A DNA stretch of 43,702 bases, counting the filler, from Jimgerdemannia flammicorona (taxonomy: Eukaryota): the NCBI GenBank assembly GCA_003990765.1. It is 2 parts of 2 records of this genome, joined end to end, with 100 filler letters (N's around TTAATTAATTAA, not from the genome) between each part and the next. Parts side by side here need not be neighbours in the genome. Positions count along the whole stretch, not along the records: positions 1 to 21,803 come from RBNJ01001392.1; positions 21,904 to 43,702 come from RBNJ01001393.1. One strand, written 5' to 3'. Below the pieces are notes generated by a model. It searched no databases. It was not told where the DNA came from and saw only the letters and a list, made by a program, of their open reading frames with translations. Numbering within the stretch: position 1 is the stretch's first letter; each line of letters opens with the position of its first letter. Of the stretch, positions 11,401 to 22,575 are shown one piece after another. The translations under genes and the position numbers were made by a program.

Positions 11401-13800
11401 TATTCTGTACTATGTTAAAATTTCCAACAAGTATATATGTATATCTATACCAGCCTCAATAAGTGTACCATACTTATGAAGTCTTTTATCTATACCACTC
11501 AGTCATCTCTAACTACTGAGTAATAGTAGAGCCAACTCTCATCCAGGCCTCTATCACTCTCTCTAAATCAAGCAGTCTTTTCAACCCCTGATCTCACAAA
11601 GATCTCCTTTATCTTTCTATATCAGAATTCTCACCTTACTCTTTCAAACTGCTGTACTACTCTATTATTTTACCTATTTTTTTCTATTTAAGTCTCTTTC
11701 ACAGTATATTCTATAACAGAAAAAGATCTGCTTCCAATTCTCTCAACTAAGTAAAAATGTTTTGATACTCTACAGAACTCCTCAGACTATTTATATTTAG
11801 TAAAAAAATATTAGTTATATTGTTTATAATAAAATAATATAATATTGTATTTCTAATTTTCTCACAGTTTCATATTCATCTCCTTCTAAGCCAAGTCTAG
11901 ACCATACTCTACAATAGTTTTCTCCTTCTCAATCTTTCTAGCCTTTAATATAGCTAGTATCTCAGCTATTATTTTATTATTCTTAGTCTCTATCTTCTTT
12001 TTATACTATATATATATATATCTCTTATTAAAGCTACAATCTATACTTCTACTTCTACTAGAAGGCAGTATATTCTCCAGTAGTCACTACTAATTCAGCT
12101 TCTCTTATCTTATCAATCTCATAACATTTCTTCTTTAAATATATAGTCAATATCTCTATAAACTTTTTTACCACTCTATCACTCTACAAAACTCTCACTC
12201 AGTACTCCTTACTGATAATCCTCAAGTCTACTTTTCTCAGCTCTTCTATAGCCAAAATATTCATTATTGTACTTATTCAATATAAGTCACTGATATTCTT
12301 TTCAATAAGAGTCACAGAACTCCTCTCTCTCAATATTGTAACATTAGTACCAGTACTTATAGTCTCATTTTATACCCCTTCTTGAATATCCTGTAGCTTA
12401 TTCTTCTCAACTCTAACTATCTGCCCTCTCTTCACTATATCAGATACTTCAAACTGGACTCTATATATACTTCTCATCTCTATATCCTCTCATCTTTTCT
12501 TTTCGGAGCTTTTGTTCTCACCTTATACTCCTTCTTCTCTCAGACCTCAAGCACTCTATCATTATAGAGCTGCTAACTTCTTGTATTCTCATTCTTCACC
12601 ATACTTATAATCTTCTCCTCTACTCTATCTCTAGTCTAATTACTAGTCTTCACCTCATCTGAACTCCCTCTAGTCCCAGTTACCAGCCTCTCCTTTATGC
12701 TCTCTAATAGGTCCCTCTGCCTCTTTCTTTTCTGAGTCTTCTTCTACATTATTTTGTCTATATAAATTCTCTTTTTATTCACTACTTCTAAGTATATTGA
12801 TATCTCATAAGCTCTCTATACTATCACTTTATATTCTATCACTCCACTGAGCTCTTTCAGAGTCTCTAGCAGATCTTTCTCCTCTTTCTTGCTCTCTTTT
12901 ACTCTTGTCATCTTATAAATAAAAATACTCTACATCAATATTGAAGGCCAGTCCTGAGTCTTCTCAGTAGTCTCTCTCTTAATAAGTCAGAGCCAGATAT
13001 TTATATCTTTAGTCCTAAATGAGATCTCCTCTTAGATCTGAAATTCAATATCTACTATATTACTATATTTTGCTATAACCTCTACTACCCTCTTTCTTAT
13101 TTCAACTACTATCACAATAGGCATCTTTTACTAGAAGCTGAACTATCCTTAAGTTCTATCTCAAGTACTATACTATTAGTACTATTATTTTTCCAATTAC
13201 TAACTCAGTCTTTAAGATCTTCTCTAGTAGCTCTGTCTTCTCAAAACCCATCTCAACTCTCTCCAGCCCCTACAAGAACTTCACCAAAGCTATGTCTACC
13301 ATCTGGTTCACAATTAAGTCCAGACTATCTTGGTCATTACTACTAGCTCTAGAAGTATAAAGTAATAGTAAATTTGGAAATTGACTTCTTAAGTAATGAG
13401 ACTACTACTAGCTCTATTATATCATCTATCAGATCACTCTTCCTAGCTGCTCAACTCTATTATCAGCAGTTATATCTGAATTTTTTTTCAAAGCTCTCAT
13501 CATATTACTATCAGCAGTTATACTCCTGTCTTCAGCAACTGCTTCACCAGCCTCTATGTCCACTCTATTAGGTACTGACCCTCCAGTCCTCTTAGTGTTT
13601 ATCTTTTCTCTTTCTCTAGACTTGCTATTCTGAGTACCTCTAGACTAACTCCCAGCCTTTACTCTGTTAGCAAATTTTATTGATCTCTACTCTTCACTAC
13701 TTATACTTAATAGCTAACTCTCACCAGGTCTGCCTTATCTACTCTCACTACTAAAAAACTCTATCTCTATACTGTAACCCCTTCTGACATATTGCTACCC
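8431..13800 (-). mobile_element. Decayed near-full-length L1/Tx1-like LINE, copy 2, with poly(A) tail
   Basis: T-rich tail at 8431-8459. Motifs: VGNFN (=GDFN, ~11420), RYLDRF (~11195), SDHW (~11155), ALDKDGLLWDFWKK (=APGxDGLPxEF, ~10400), RPIILLDIDRKLVTKVI (~10210), RRVLQRDPL (~9845), VFVDDI (=FADD, ~9725), and a C-terminal CCHC-like remnant (~8970). The 5' boundary is approximate. Confidence 0.9.
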
Positions 13801-13957
13801 AAAGGTCTCAGATCTATCCAACCTAGTATACTTGTCAGAATGCTTAAGTATTATTATATTGCTAGTATCTTTTCTTTAAAAACTATACAAAAAGTATTGA
13901 AAGGTATTTGTATAATGTGAATTGTACTGAAAAAAGGTGTCAACTTCTCCTTCTCCC

Positions 13958-15461
13958 CTAACTGACCACCTTGAGTACCTCCAGACCAACTACCAGCCTT
14001 TGTCTTCTCTGTGAAACTCATCTGACCCAATCTTCTACTGACCAATCTCTACTAATGACTCTCTCCAATTTCTCTCTGACCATCAGTATCTCCAAAGAAT
14101 CCCATCTCCATACCATACCTCCTTCCCACATACTGCCATCTGAATGCCCCAGGTCCACCAGACCTAACATATCTATCAGATCTTCCATTTGCTGATATAT
14201 CAATAGAACTTTTCTTCAAAAACTGCATAAAAGTGAGTTGTGAAGTTTGGTGTAATGTGAATGATAGCAGAGAAAGGTTGGTGTAGAATATATCTTCTTG
14301 ATGTAATTGCTATGTAGTTATGCACTGAAGTCTTTGTATAGAAGTTTTCTCTTTTTAGTAATTTACCTGTCCACTCTGAACCTTTTACTGTTTATGTACC
14401 TCCTACCTATATTAAACTCAACCAGGTCCCGACACCCATTCACGACAACCGCCAAGAACCTCTCGTCCACCTCTGTATCATTACTTATGCTAAGGTTTTC
14501 CAAGGCGACCCACGCCCCCATATCCACGATGCCCGCGCCCGTCACTCGTTTCAGCGGATCTTCCACGACAAGCTTGCGCAGGTTCGGCAACCTTGCTGCA
14601 CAACGAGCAAGCTACCGATTCGACACACCAGTGGGGGCGCCTACATGCAGCTTCTCGAGGCTCAGGTAGGCGTCGACAAGGCGGCAGAGCGACTCCTCGG
14701 TGACGTTTGTGGGGATCTCCTTAAATTCCACAAGGTTAAGCGAGACGAGGTTCGGGCATTGGTCGATAAGGATATAAACGGGGCTGTCCGACACACAATT
14801 GCTGCAGTAGGAGATGTGGAGCCGGCGGAGACGCGAGCCGAGCGCTTGGATGGCCTGCGAGACGGTATCAGCGTCGACGTAGGGAAGGTAACCTAGTTTG
14901 ACTTTGCGGAGGTGGGAGGGGGAGGGGGACGGCGAAGTAAATGCGTTGAGAGGCTTCGGGAGTCACGAGGCCGTGGATTTTGAAGGCATCTAGGCCGGTC
15001 CATATGAGGTTGATTATTTCGAAAAAGGTAATGGTGCACGCAGAGTGCTGGAGCAATGTGGAAATAAAGACGATTAGATCGACGAGCTCCTCGGTGAACA
15101 TTACCGTCGGTTTCTGAGGTAGCAGCTGGATGATCTGTACCATCGCACTGAGGCTGGTTTTCTCGCATAGGTTGTATGTGGCGATGTAGATGGACTTGAC
15201 GAGACGGATGCGTTGGACGGAGACTGGAGGTATATGTCGAGGTTTGGTTCGCTCAGAGCCAAGGTGATGTGTTTATAATTTTCTCGCTTGTCGGTATAAC
15301 ATTTAACAAAAGACCAGATTAACGGCAGGGCGGCATGACGCCATTCGCGAGCAGTTGAACAGGGAGGTGCGGCGAAAATGGTGGTCGAAGACATCATTGT
15401 CATTCACTTGTAGAAAAGAGAGGATATGATTCAGGATCTCTGGGATGGTTGGGAAGGGCAT
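13958..15461 (-). pseudogene. F-box/LRR (RNI-like) protein pseudogene
   Basis: ATG at 15461 gives MPFPTIPEILNHILSFLQ...RTSLFNCS, then frameshifts to REWRHAALPLIW (F-box pattern). LRR-type segments CPNLVSLNL, LPNLRKLVV and LENLSISNDTEVDERFLAVVVNGCRDL follow. There are several frameshifts and stops. A GT-AG intron at 14366-14223 joins the last exon in frame. Confidence 0.75.
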
Positions 15462-16176
15462 AGTGTTATTTGTGTTATGGTGATACGGCCTTGGGTGACG
15501 TCATACTAAGTACGGTGGCCTGTAGATTTCACAACGTCCGTTAGCCTGTTAACGTCCACTCTCGGTGTCCATTGTGTCTATCCCTGGACGCCTTCGGTTA
15601 CAAACCGTCTAGGCTTTGTGTGATCACCATTATATAAATAAATGAAACGAAAACTTGAGTAGAAAATGCGATCATTCTATGAGGAACCCATCACTCCGCT
15701 GTTTCCCTTTATCGTCAAGCCCTACCCAAAATCGGACCAAACATTTCCATTTTCCACAAAATATGCAAGCGGCGTTTTTAACGACCGGGAGTCCGTTGTC
15801 CAAATATTAAACAGCAAAGTGGCTGCTTCTTTTGCATAGCCAGAATTCATGTATATATACCGCGTTCCCGTTTGGTGTGACTGTCCATACTTTGTTGGTC
15901 GGAAGTAATTATATAATGCGCACAAAGATTTAAACGACAAACCTTGAACGAGGCCGAAAAAGGCAATTCAAGAATTCGGAAACAGGATCATCGAGTTCGG
16001 AGGAGGCGATGTGAACAAGACACGGCTGCAACTGTCATTCAATTTCGCTTTGTATTAATCGAATGTACGGCTTGATAGATTTTCATCTCTTATTGAGACT
16101 ATATTCACGGAAAATCATAGACCACTCCTACAAAAAGCCCCCGCTCATTACCGACTCGTCCACTATACTGCACTGC

Positions 16177-16671
16177 TTATGTTTTCCCTTCCATGCTCGT
16201 GCCCCTCGCTTGATTTATTTCCATACGGCCCCCCCTCAACAATCTAGCTGGCCTATTACCTTTACCCAGAGGTAATATTTTTTCTCCCTGATAGCTCCCC
16301 CCCCCTTTTTTCTCTTGTTCCCGCCTCTCGTGCTCGTATTTCTCTCCAGTCTCCTTCAGTACCTCTCCCTCATCTTCACAAAGCTCGCTGGGTCCATATA
16401 CCTTCATTACAGCCTCTCTCCTTTCTATCTTGGTTCCGTGGTAGGCTCAAAGTAAACCTGTGCTGAAGTCGCTCTAGTTAGGAGAGCTCAGAAACTCGCC
16501 GCCGAATTCGGACATAGCGTCCATAGGGAGGATGGGCACCAGGAGGTTCGGCAGGGGAGTTGCCCAAGGGCTTAGGGTTGAAGTATTGCCAAGGGAGTGG
16601 CTGGCCTGGACGAGCGCCAAGCCAAGAAGAGAGAGGACGGCGAGCATAATGAAATTGGGGTAGGGGATCAT
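16177..16671 (-). pseudogene. Possible small secreted protein pseudogene, or an unresolved spliced gene
   Basis: Signal-peptide-like N-terminus MLAVLSLLGLALVQA. ORFs 16474-16671 and 16177-16407 are in the same frame, separated by a TAG and a TGA. Confidence 0.3.
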
Positions 16672-17820
16672 TGTAGGTAGGGGCTAATGTGGTAAGTGGC
16701 GGAGTGGTGGGATCAGGGCTTTTGGCGGTGGCTGGGAGTGTTATTGGTCAGAGATTGTGAGATATTCGATAGTTGTTAATATATGGCTTATGACATAACA
16801 GAATCCTGGACACATCAGATATCCCAGATCGGTTTTGACCCCAACTCACTTGTCTAAGATTACGGTCGTTTTATCGATTAAATCTTGTCGCTGCCCTTCC
16901 GAAACTTTTGACGGCGCTGTTTTTAGCTCGGTGATGTGGTCGCCGATCCGGTGATTTCCTGCACGCTGCCCCTTGAAAACAAAAGCAACTTGCTATCAAA
17001 AAAAAAAAAAAAAAAAAAAAAGGTGGCCACTGCTGTTTCCAAAACAACCTTGATCCGTCTTAGGACAGGTTAGGCAGATGGCGCAGTTGCATCGTCGTGC
17101 GCTTGCAACACGGGGCGCATTGGGCCGACGCAAGAGCCTGTGTGCTTTGTGCGGCAAGACATAGGCCGAGTGTGCCGATTCAGTATTCAGAATTCGGATC
17201 CTCTGGATCGGTGGATCGGAAATAGCATCCAATGTTTTTTGGATGGTCGGCGCCGGGAGCGATCCGAGATGTGTCGCTTATCATGCGATAACCAGAAGAG
17301 ATGGCCCAAATCAAATGATGGATGATACCATCATGAGCTGGCCTTTGGGACTGCGACACTGCGACACGCATAAATATTGGCGAGGATCCGTCTGACCGTA
17401 TGCATGACGATTTTCGTCATCATCATGAGGGCACGGACAACCCAAATGCAAAAGATGGCGGAAAAAGGCAATTTGACGATGTTTTTATTAAGCCCACCCA
17501 TTCCTTTTTCTTCGTGCCTCGCGACATTTTGATGCACTTTCTCTCCCATATTCAATCGCCGTTTGGAAAAATAATAAGGAAATCCCCCCCCGTGTGGTCT
17601 TAGAAGCTAAACGCATAGTACGTTGACCACCGAGGGAGCGAGGATCTCAACCGTCAGTGCTATCCAAGTTTTCCTCCCTAGGGGCTCCCTTTAGTCTTGC
17701 AGCTCAATAATGCCTTGCACATACGTCAGCACCCAGTCCACCCAGTGTGAGCATCAATACATCCAGACACGTAGGAAACACCCCTCAACAACAGGCCGTC
17801 CTAAGGAAACACCAAAAGTG

Positions 17821-17828
17821 TATATAAG
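17821..17828 (+). promoter_or_regulatory. Candidate TATA box of the large disordered-protein gene
   Basis: TATATAAG about 100 bp upstream of the predicted ATG at 17923. Confidence 0.3.
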
Positions 17829-17922
17829 TTCCCGTCGAGGCCATCCTCCTAACTCTACCTCAGCCCACAATCAAAATAATACCATCCCACCATCGTCCTA
17901 CTCTCTCACAAGCAAGAAAAAC

Positions 17923-20900
17923 ATGAGTAGCCCAGACCGCAGAAGCAACCAACGCCGTGACAGCAGGTATTGTTCGGACCCGATGAACCCTTGCTAGCTT
18001 CAGCTGCTAGCTCGCACTCGCAGTAATATCAAACAAACTCTGCTCTCGCACCAGCGGACAATCATGCCCTTCTTATCCCAAGTGTAGGACTTGCGCGGCC
18101 TTTCGGAATATAACCTTGGCCATGCTCTCACCCACCCGTCACCCTTTTACTCCTTCTCAAAGGTCAAGTAGCCAAGCTAACTCCCGCTCCAGCCCGGAAG
18201 AACGTTCCAGCCCCCACACCGACGACCATCCTCGACGTCACCGCCCCTACGACCTCAATAGAAGTTTGTCCAGCGGTAGGACCTACGAGTGGCGCGCCGA
18301 CAACCATGGCCACCAGAGCACGCGCCATCATCGCGAGCATCAAGGCCGGCCACCACTTCGTATGTACGATAGCTACCGCCCCAATTACGAATGTCGAGTG
18401 AGCAGGCAGAGCGAAACAACACGTTCAGGGCTCCCCATCCGGTCCCTACAACAGTCCATTTCTAGCCCTCCTCCTTCCAATCAGTCGCGTCCAAACTCCA
18501 CCCATGCGAATTACTCTCGTCCTATATCGCCATCAAATATCACCGTCGGGCACCGCCGTTCTTCCAGCTATTTCAGCAGCAACTTCTCCCCTCCTCCACG
18601 TACGGCACCCTATCTTGATTTTCAGACATTCCCGTCCCCACCCACTCGCTTCGATTACCAGACTTACCGTCCGACATCATCCTCTTCCGTCCACACACTT
18701 CGCTCCTCTATCCAATCCCCACCACCCTGCCGCGGATCCCCCACCCAAGACACGGTCGAACTCCAACGCCGCATCGAGCGCACTAACCGCGATGGCCGTC
18801 TGGACCGTTATGTCCCGGAATACGCGGTCGTAAAGAGTATCGCCCCGCCCCCGCTAGCATCTCCGCAACCCGTCTACCCCCAATATGTCGTCCCATACGG
18901 CTATCCCGGATGCGGGTGGGTGTATGCGCCTCAAGCTGTACCAATCCAAGATGGGAAGCATGATCCAGATCTACTGATAAATAAACACGGTAGGGTTGTT
19001 ATGGACAGCTACAGACCTGAGTATACTTTGAACAGTTTGAGAGATTCGGAGTCGTGCGGGGAGTCCAGCAGTGCCGGCGGTGGCTCGGGTGGGAGAGACG
19101 CGAACATCGAGACGAAGCGGAGAGAGAATGTTGGTGATAGTCAGGGACGCGCACATCTACAGGCAGGGAATGAGGGTCGAGCCAAGCAGAAGCAGGGGCA
19201 TACTAAGGATGTCGCTGATGATGCCGAGCCCGCTGAATCAAATAACTCGGAGGGGAGGACAAGCCCACGACAATCTCAAGGCCCAACAACTTCTACCATC
19301 GCGAGGACTGGATCGGACCGGGATCTTCCAGAGCAGTCGAGCAACGGCTCAAAGCGTCGCTCCTCGTTGCAATCACAGCCTTCGCCGACTTATGGGCAAG
19401 ACCAACCTCAAACAGTCAGCGAGCAAGCCCAAGCACAACTCCCCAAACTTTGCAACGGCAAGCAGCGTGTGAACGACGCCCAACCGTCTTCGCGCATGCA
19501 GGGACAATCCCCCAGGTCCAACAATAGCAAGGGGTACGCCGACGACAACATCGCCTTCCAGCCATCCTCGCTTCGCATTCATCCACCGTTGCGCAACGTT
19601 GATCCTATGCCGCAGCCCATGATCAATGACATCGCCAACCCATCCACTTCTTTTAGCCTGGGACGCGTACAGAGACCTCATCGTCGCTCGCCACCGTCGG
19701 TCGTTGTAGCCAGCCTGTCGGGAGCCCCAAATATAGACGTTCCGGAAAGACGTGCCATGGAGCCTCCACTTCGCTCGACCACCTCCGACGACGAAGACGA
19801 TCATGTGCCTCTCGCGCGCTGGCGCGACATTGTCGTCAATATTAATGCCGTCATGGAACAAGTCACGACACAGGCGACTGGTCTTGGAGATGAGCATCCG
19901 CGTGGCCGTGACGCTGAAGCTGTGAGCGATGACGATGCGCCATCGTCGTCTGGTGGCGAAAGCACCACAGATACCCTCGTGGAGCCGGTGGGCGCGGTCG
20001 AATTCGGCGGTAAGGTTCGGTATGGGGATGCCAAAGTCGGTAATGCGTGCGGGACGGCGGGTGAAAAATTGGGGGCTTCTGATGTCTTCCCGTGTTTTAA
20101 AGTGGAGAAGCTTGAGATCGATCCCTCCAATGTCGGTAACGTTGTGCTACTTCACGGGGTTGTCGGTGCATCTAATGGCGGTGATATTGTGCTAGAAGAT
20201 GCAAAAAACGGTGAAGACAAACGAAATTCCTCGCTAGATCAAGTTAACGTCGCGCAAGTCGAGACGGTCGGATTGTCTGGTGAGGCATCAAACGAAACTG
20301 ACGCCATGCAGCGGTGCAACCAGAAAAAACCAGTGTCTCTTGGACATTTGTGGTCCACATACATGGACGAATCGTCCGCATCTTCCGATGACACTGACGC
20401 CAGCTCCTCATCTTCGGGATCTCTCACCGTTCAGAGATGCAGCACTCACCACGAGTCCTCTTCATCCTACCATCACCCCGCCGGGTATACGAGTGCCACT
20501 CACCCCACCAAGAGCAACCGCAGGCCTGGAAGAGTCACGCGCAATTTGCTGGAGGACAGTAAGGGCTTTGACACGGACCCGCTCGACCTTCCGCCCGACC
20601 AGCACAAGCAATTTACCGATTACGCACACGTACAGCCGTCGGGGTCTTCTACCGGAGGCGCGAGCGCGACAGATACAGATAACAATCACCCTCCCGCCGG
20701 AAATGACGCCCACAACACCCATCGCCCTATCCCCAACAGCCCCGGGCTATCACGCCCTCATCTTGTCGGCCGGAGAAGCCCGCATTCCCTAACGTGGCAC
20801 CCGTCCGTGCAGGATAATCAACACAGATCGCGCCCACTCCGCCGGTCCCCAAGCTACGTCGTTCAGAGATCGCCGATCAGGTCTCCAAACTACACATCTC

Positions 20901-21692
20901 AAAGTTCTCAGACCAAGTCCCCTGGTCACACTTCCCGACGCCCGTCGACCAGGTTCACAAACCACTCCGACAGAAGCTCCCCTGCCAGGTACGTCGGCGA
21001 AACCACCCAAAACCAACCAGCCAAATCCCCAACTCGCGCCGTCCAAACCACGTCAACCAACCGGTGCATATCCTCTTCCAGCGTTGGCCCCAGGTCCGTC
21101 AATCGCCGCACCAGCTCTAGCGGAAGTCGAGGCTCGAGCAATTCGCGCGGCAGCTCCACATCCAGCCCCACACCCACCGAGGAGCAGGAACAAGATCGTC
21201 CGAACAGGTTCTCATTTTCCCACATCCCACCATTTTTTTCGTGTCGCAGGCGTTCCTCAAACTCACCCGCCGAAATCCAACCGCCCTCGTCGGCGCCGGT
21301 CAACGACGATCAAACTCCAGAGAAGCGTCGTAAGGTTGGGTCGCAGAGTGAGGAGGACAGAGTGGCCGTCGGTGGGAGTCAGCGCGAGGCGGATGATAGG
21401 AGGAGCGGCATGTTTGGAGGGAAGTGGCTTTCGGTAAGTATCTACGCCGGTTGATGAGTGTTTCTTTAATTCTTCATCTGACTTTGTCTGGTGCTTGGCT
21501 GAATGGTTTCATACCTGAAATCCCCAGTATCGTTCCCAGATCAACCACAGTGGTTCACCTACACGCACTTCGATGTCACCCAGGCGGATGACGCCGCGGG
21601 GTACGCGACAGGTGACGGTCGAGAAATTGGAATGGGGGGATCGACATGTGATGACGTTTCGCTACAACTCCGAGGAGGATCAGGAGGAGTAG
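17923..21692 (+). CDS. Hypothetical Ser/Pro/Arg-rich, intrinsically disordered protein, ~1159 aa; predicted exons 17923-17966, 18163-21433, 21528-21692
   Basis: 3.3-kb open frame. ATG in AAAACATG context. Donor AG/GTATTG (17967) and acceptor TTCTCAAAG (18162) join in phase. Donor GTAAGT (21434) and acceptor TCCCCAG (21527) give an in-frame last exon ending ...RYNSEEDQEE*. Confidence 0.75.
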
Positions 21693-21765
21693 ATAGGACG
21701 AAGGGTCGTGATAGGATCATGTATATCTTTTATGACGTACATTGCATAATACTTATCACATGATC

Positions 21766-21803
<38 letters not shown>

Positions 21804-21903
21804 NNNNNNNNNNNNNNNNNNNNNNNNNNNNNNNNNNNNNNNNNNNNTTAATTAATTAANNNNNNNNNNNNNNNNNNNNNNNNNNNNNNNNNNNNNNNNN
21901 NNN
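21804..21903. other. Assembly gap with artificial six-frame-stop linker
   Basis: N44-TTAATTAATTAA-N44, exactly 100 nt, following a poly(T) contig end. Confidence 0.95.
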
Positions 21904-22575
21904 GGGGTTGGCGTGGAATCTCGTTGCTTTTTTGAATTCATTCTTGAGCTCCTTCTTTGAGCCGGATGGGGAGCTCCTTCTGAGACATGGCGTTTTTTTT
22001 TTTTTTTAATGACCCAATCCTTTGTAAAAGCTGTTCCTGAAAACATATGTAGGACATCATTTTCATTAAAGAGTTACTAAAGTATATCAAATATTTGAGA
22101 GATGTTTATTCAATTTTTCAAAGCTAATTATTTAGTGGTATGAGCACAGATCGGGAGTATGGCATATCATCAAATGTTGTGAAATTTCCATGTTATTGAG
22201 ACTTCGCAACACAAAAACAACTGAACATTGCGCGACGTCCAACAAGCAAGGGATCATTGGGCAACGACAGTATGAATAACTACAAGGACGTGCGCATTGA
22301 CCATCAATAACTAATAGGAATCATTAGCCAGTCAGAAATCCTTGAGAATAATCCAGTATTATCCGACGACCGTGGTGCAAAATATTGGCTTCGTCATTCG
22401 GGATTGGCAACAAAGTGCGTGCGACACCTTTTATTTTCCAGAATAAGGAATAAGAATAATGATAGGCAAACGCCGCCATACTATCTGTACTCTCTGCAAA
22501 GGCAGCTTACAATGTGAATCCGGTACTATTAGAGAACAAATTTCTGCGATCGATCATAGTTATGTCATCAGATTT

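Noticed and set aside
15496..15503. TGACGTCA CRE-like site, and CACGTG E-boxes at 24105 and 27276
   Set aside because: Short motifs expected by chance; the E-box sharing is explained by the duplication; no functional evidence.
18800..18823. DRYVP as an APC/C activator C-box (Cdc20/Cdh1)
   Set aside because: It lacks the DR[YF]IPxR arginine, and the protein has no WD40 domain or IR tail.
18504..21437. Alternative-frame and antisense ORFs over the large gene (likewise over the BTB-SPRY genes)
   Set aside because: Expected shadow ORFs in GC-rich coding DNA, with no independent motifs.
21848..21859. TTAATTAATTAA palindrome as a biological site
   Set aside because: It is centred in an N-run, so it is an assembly linker.
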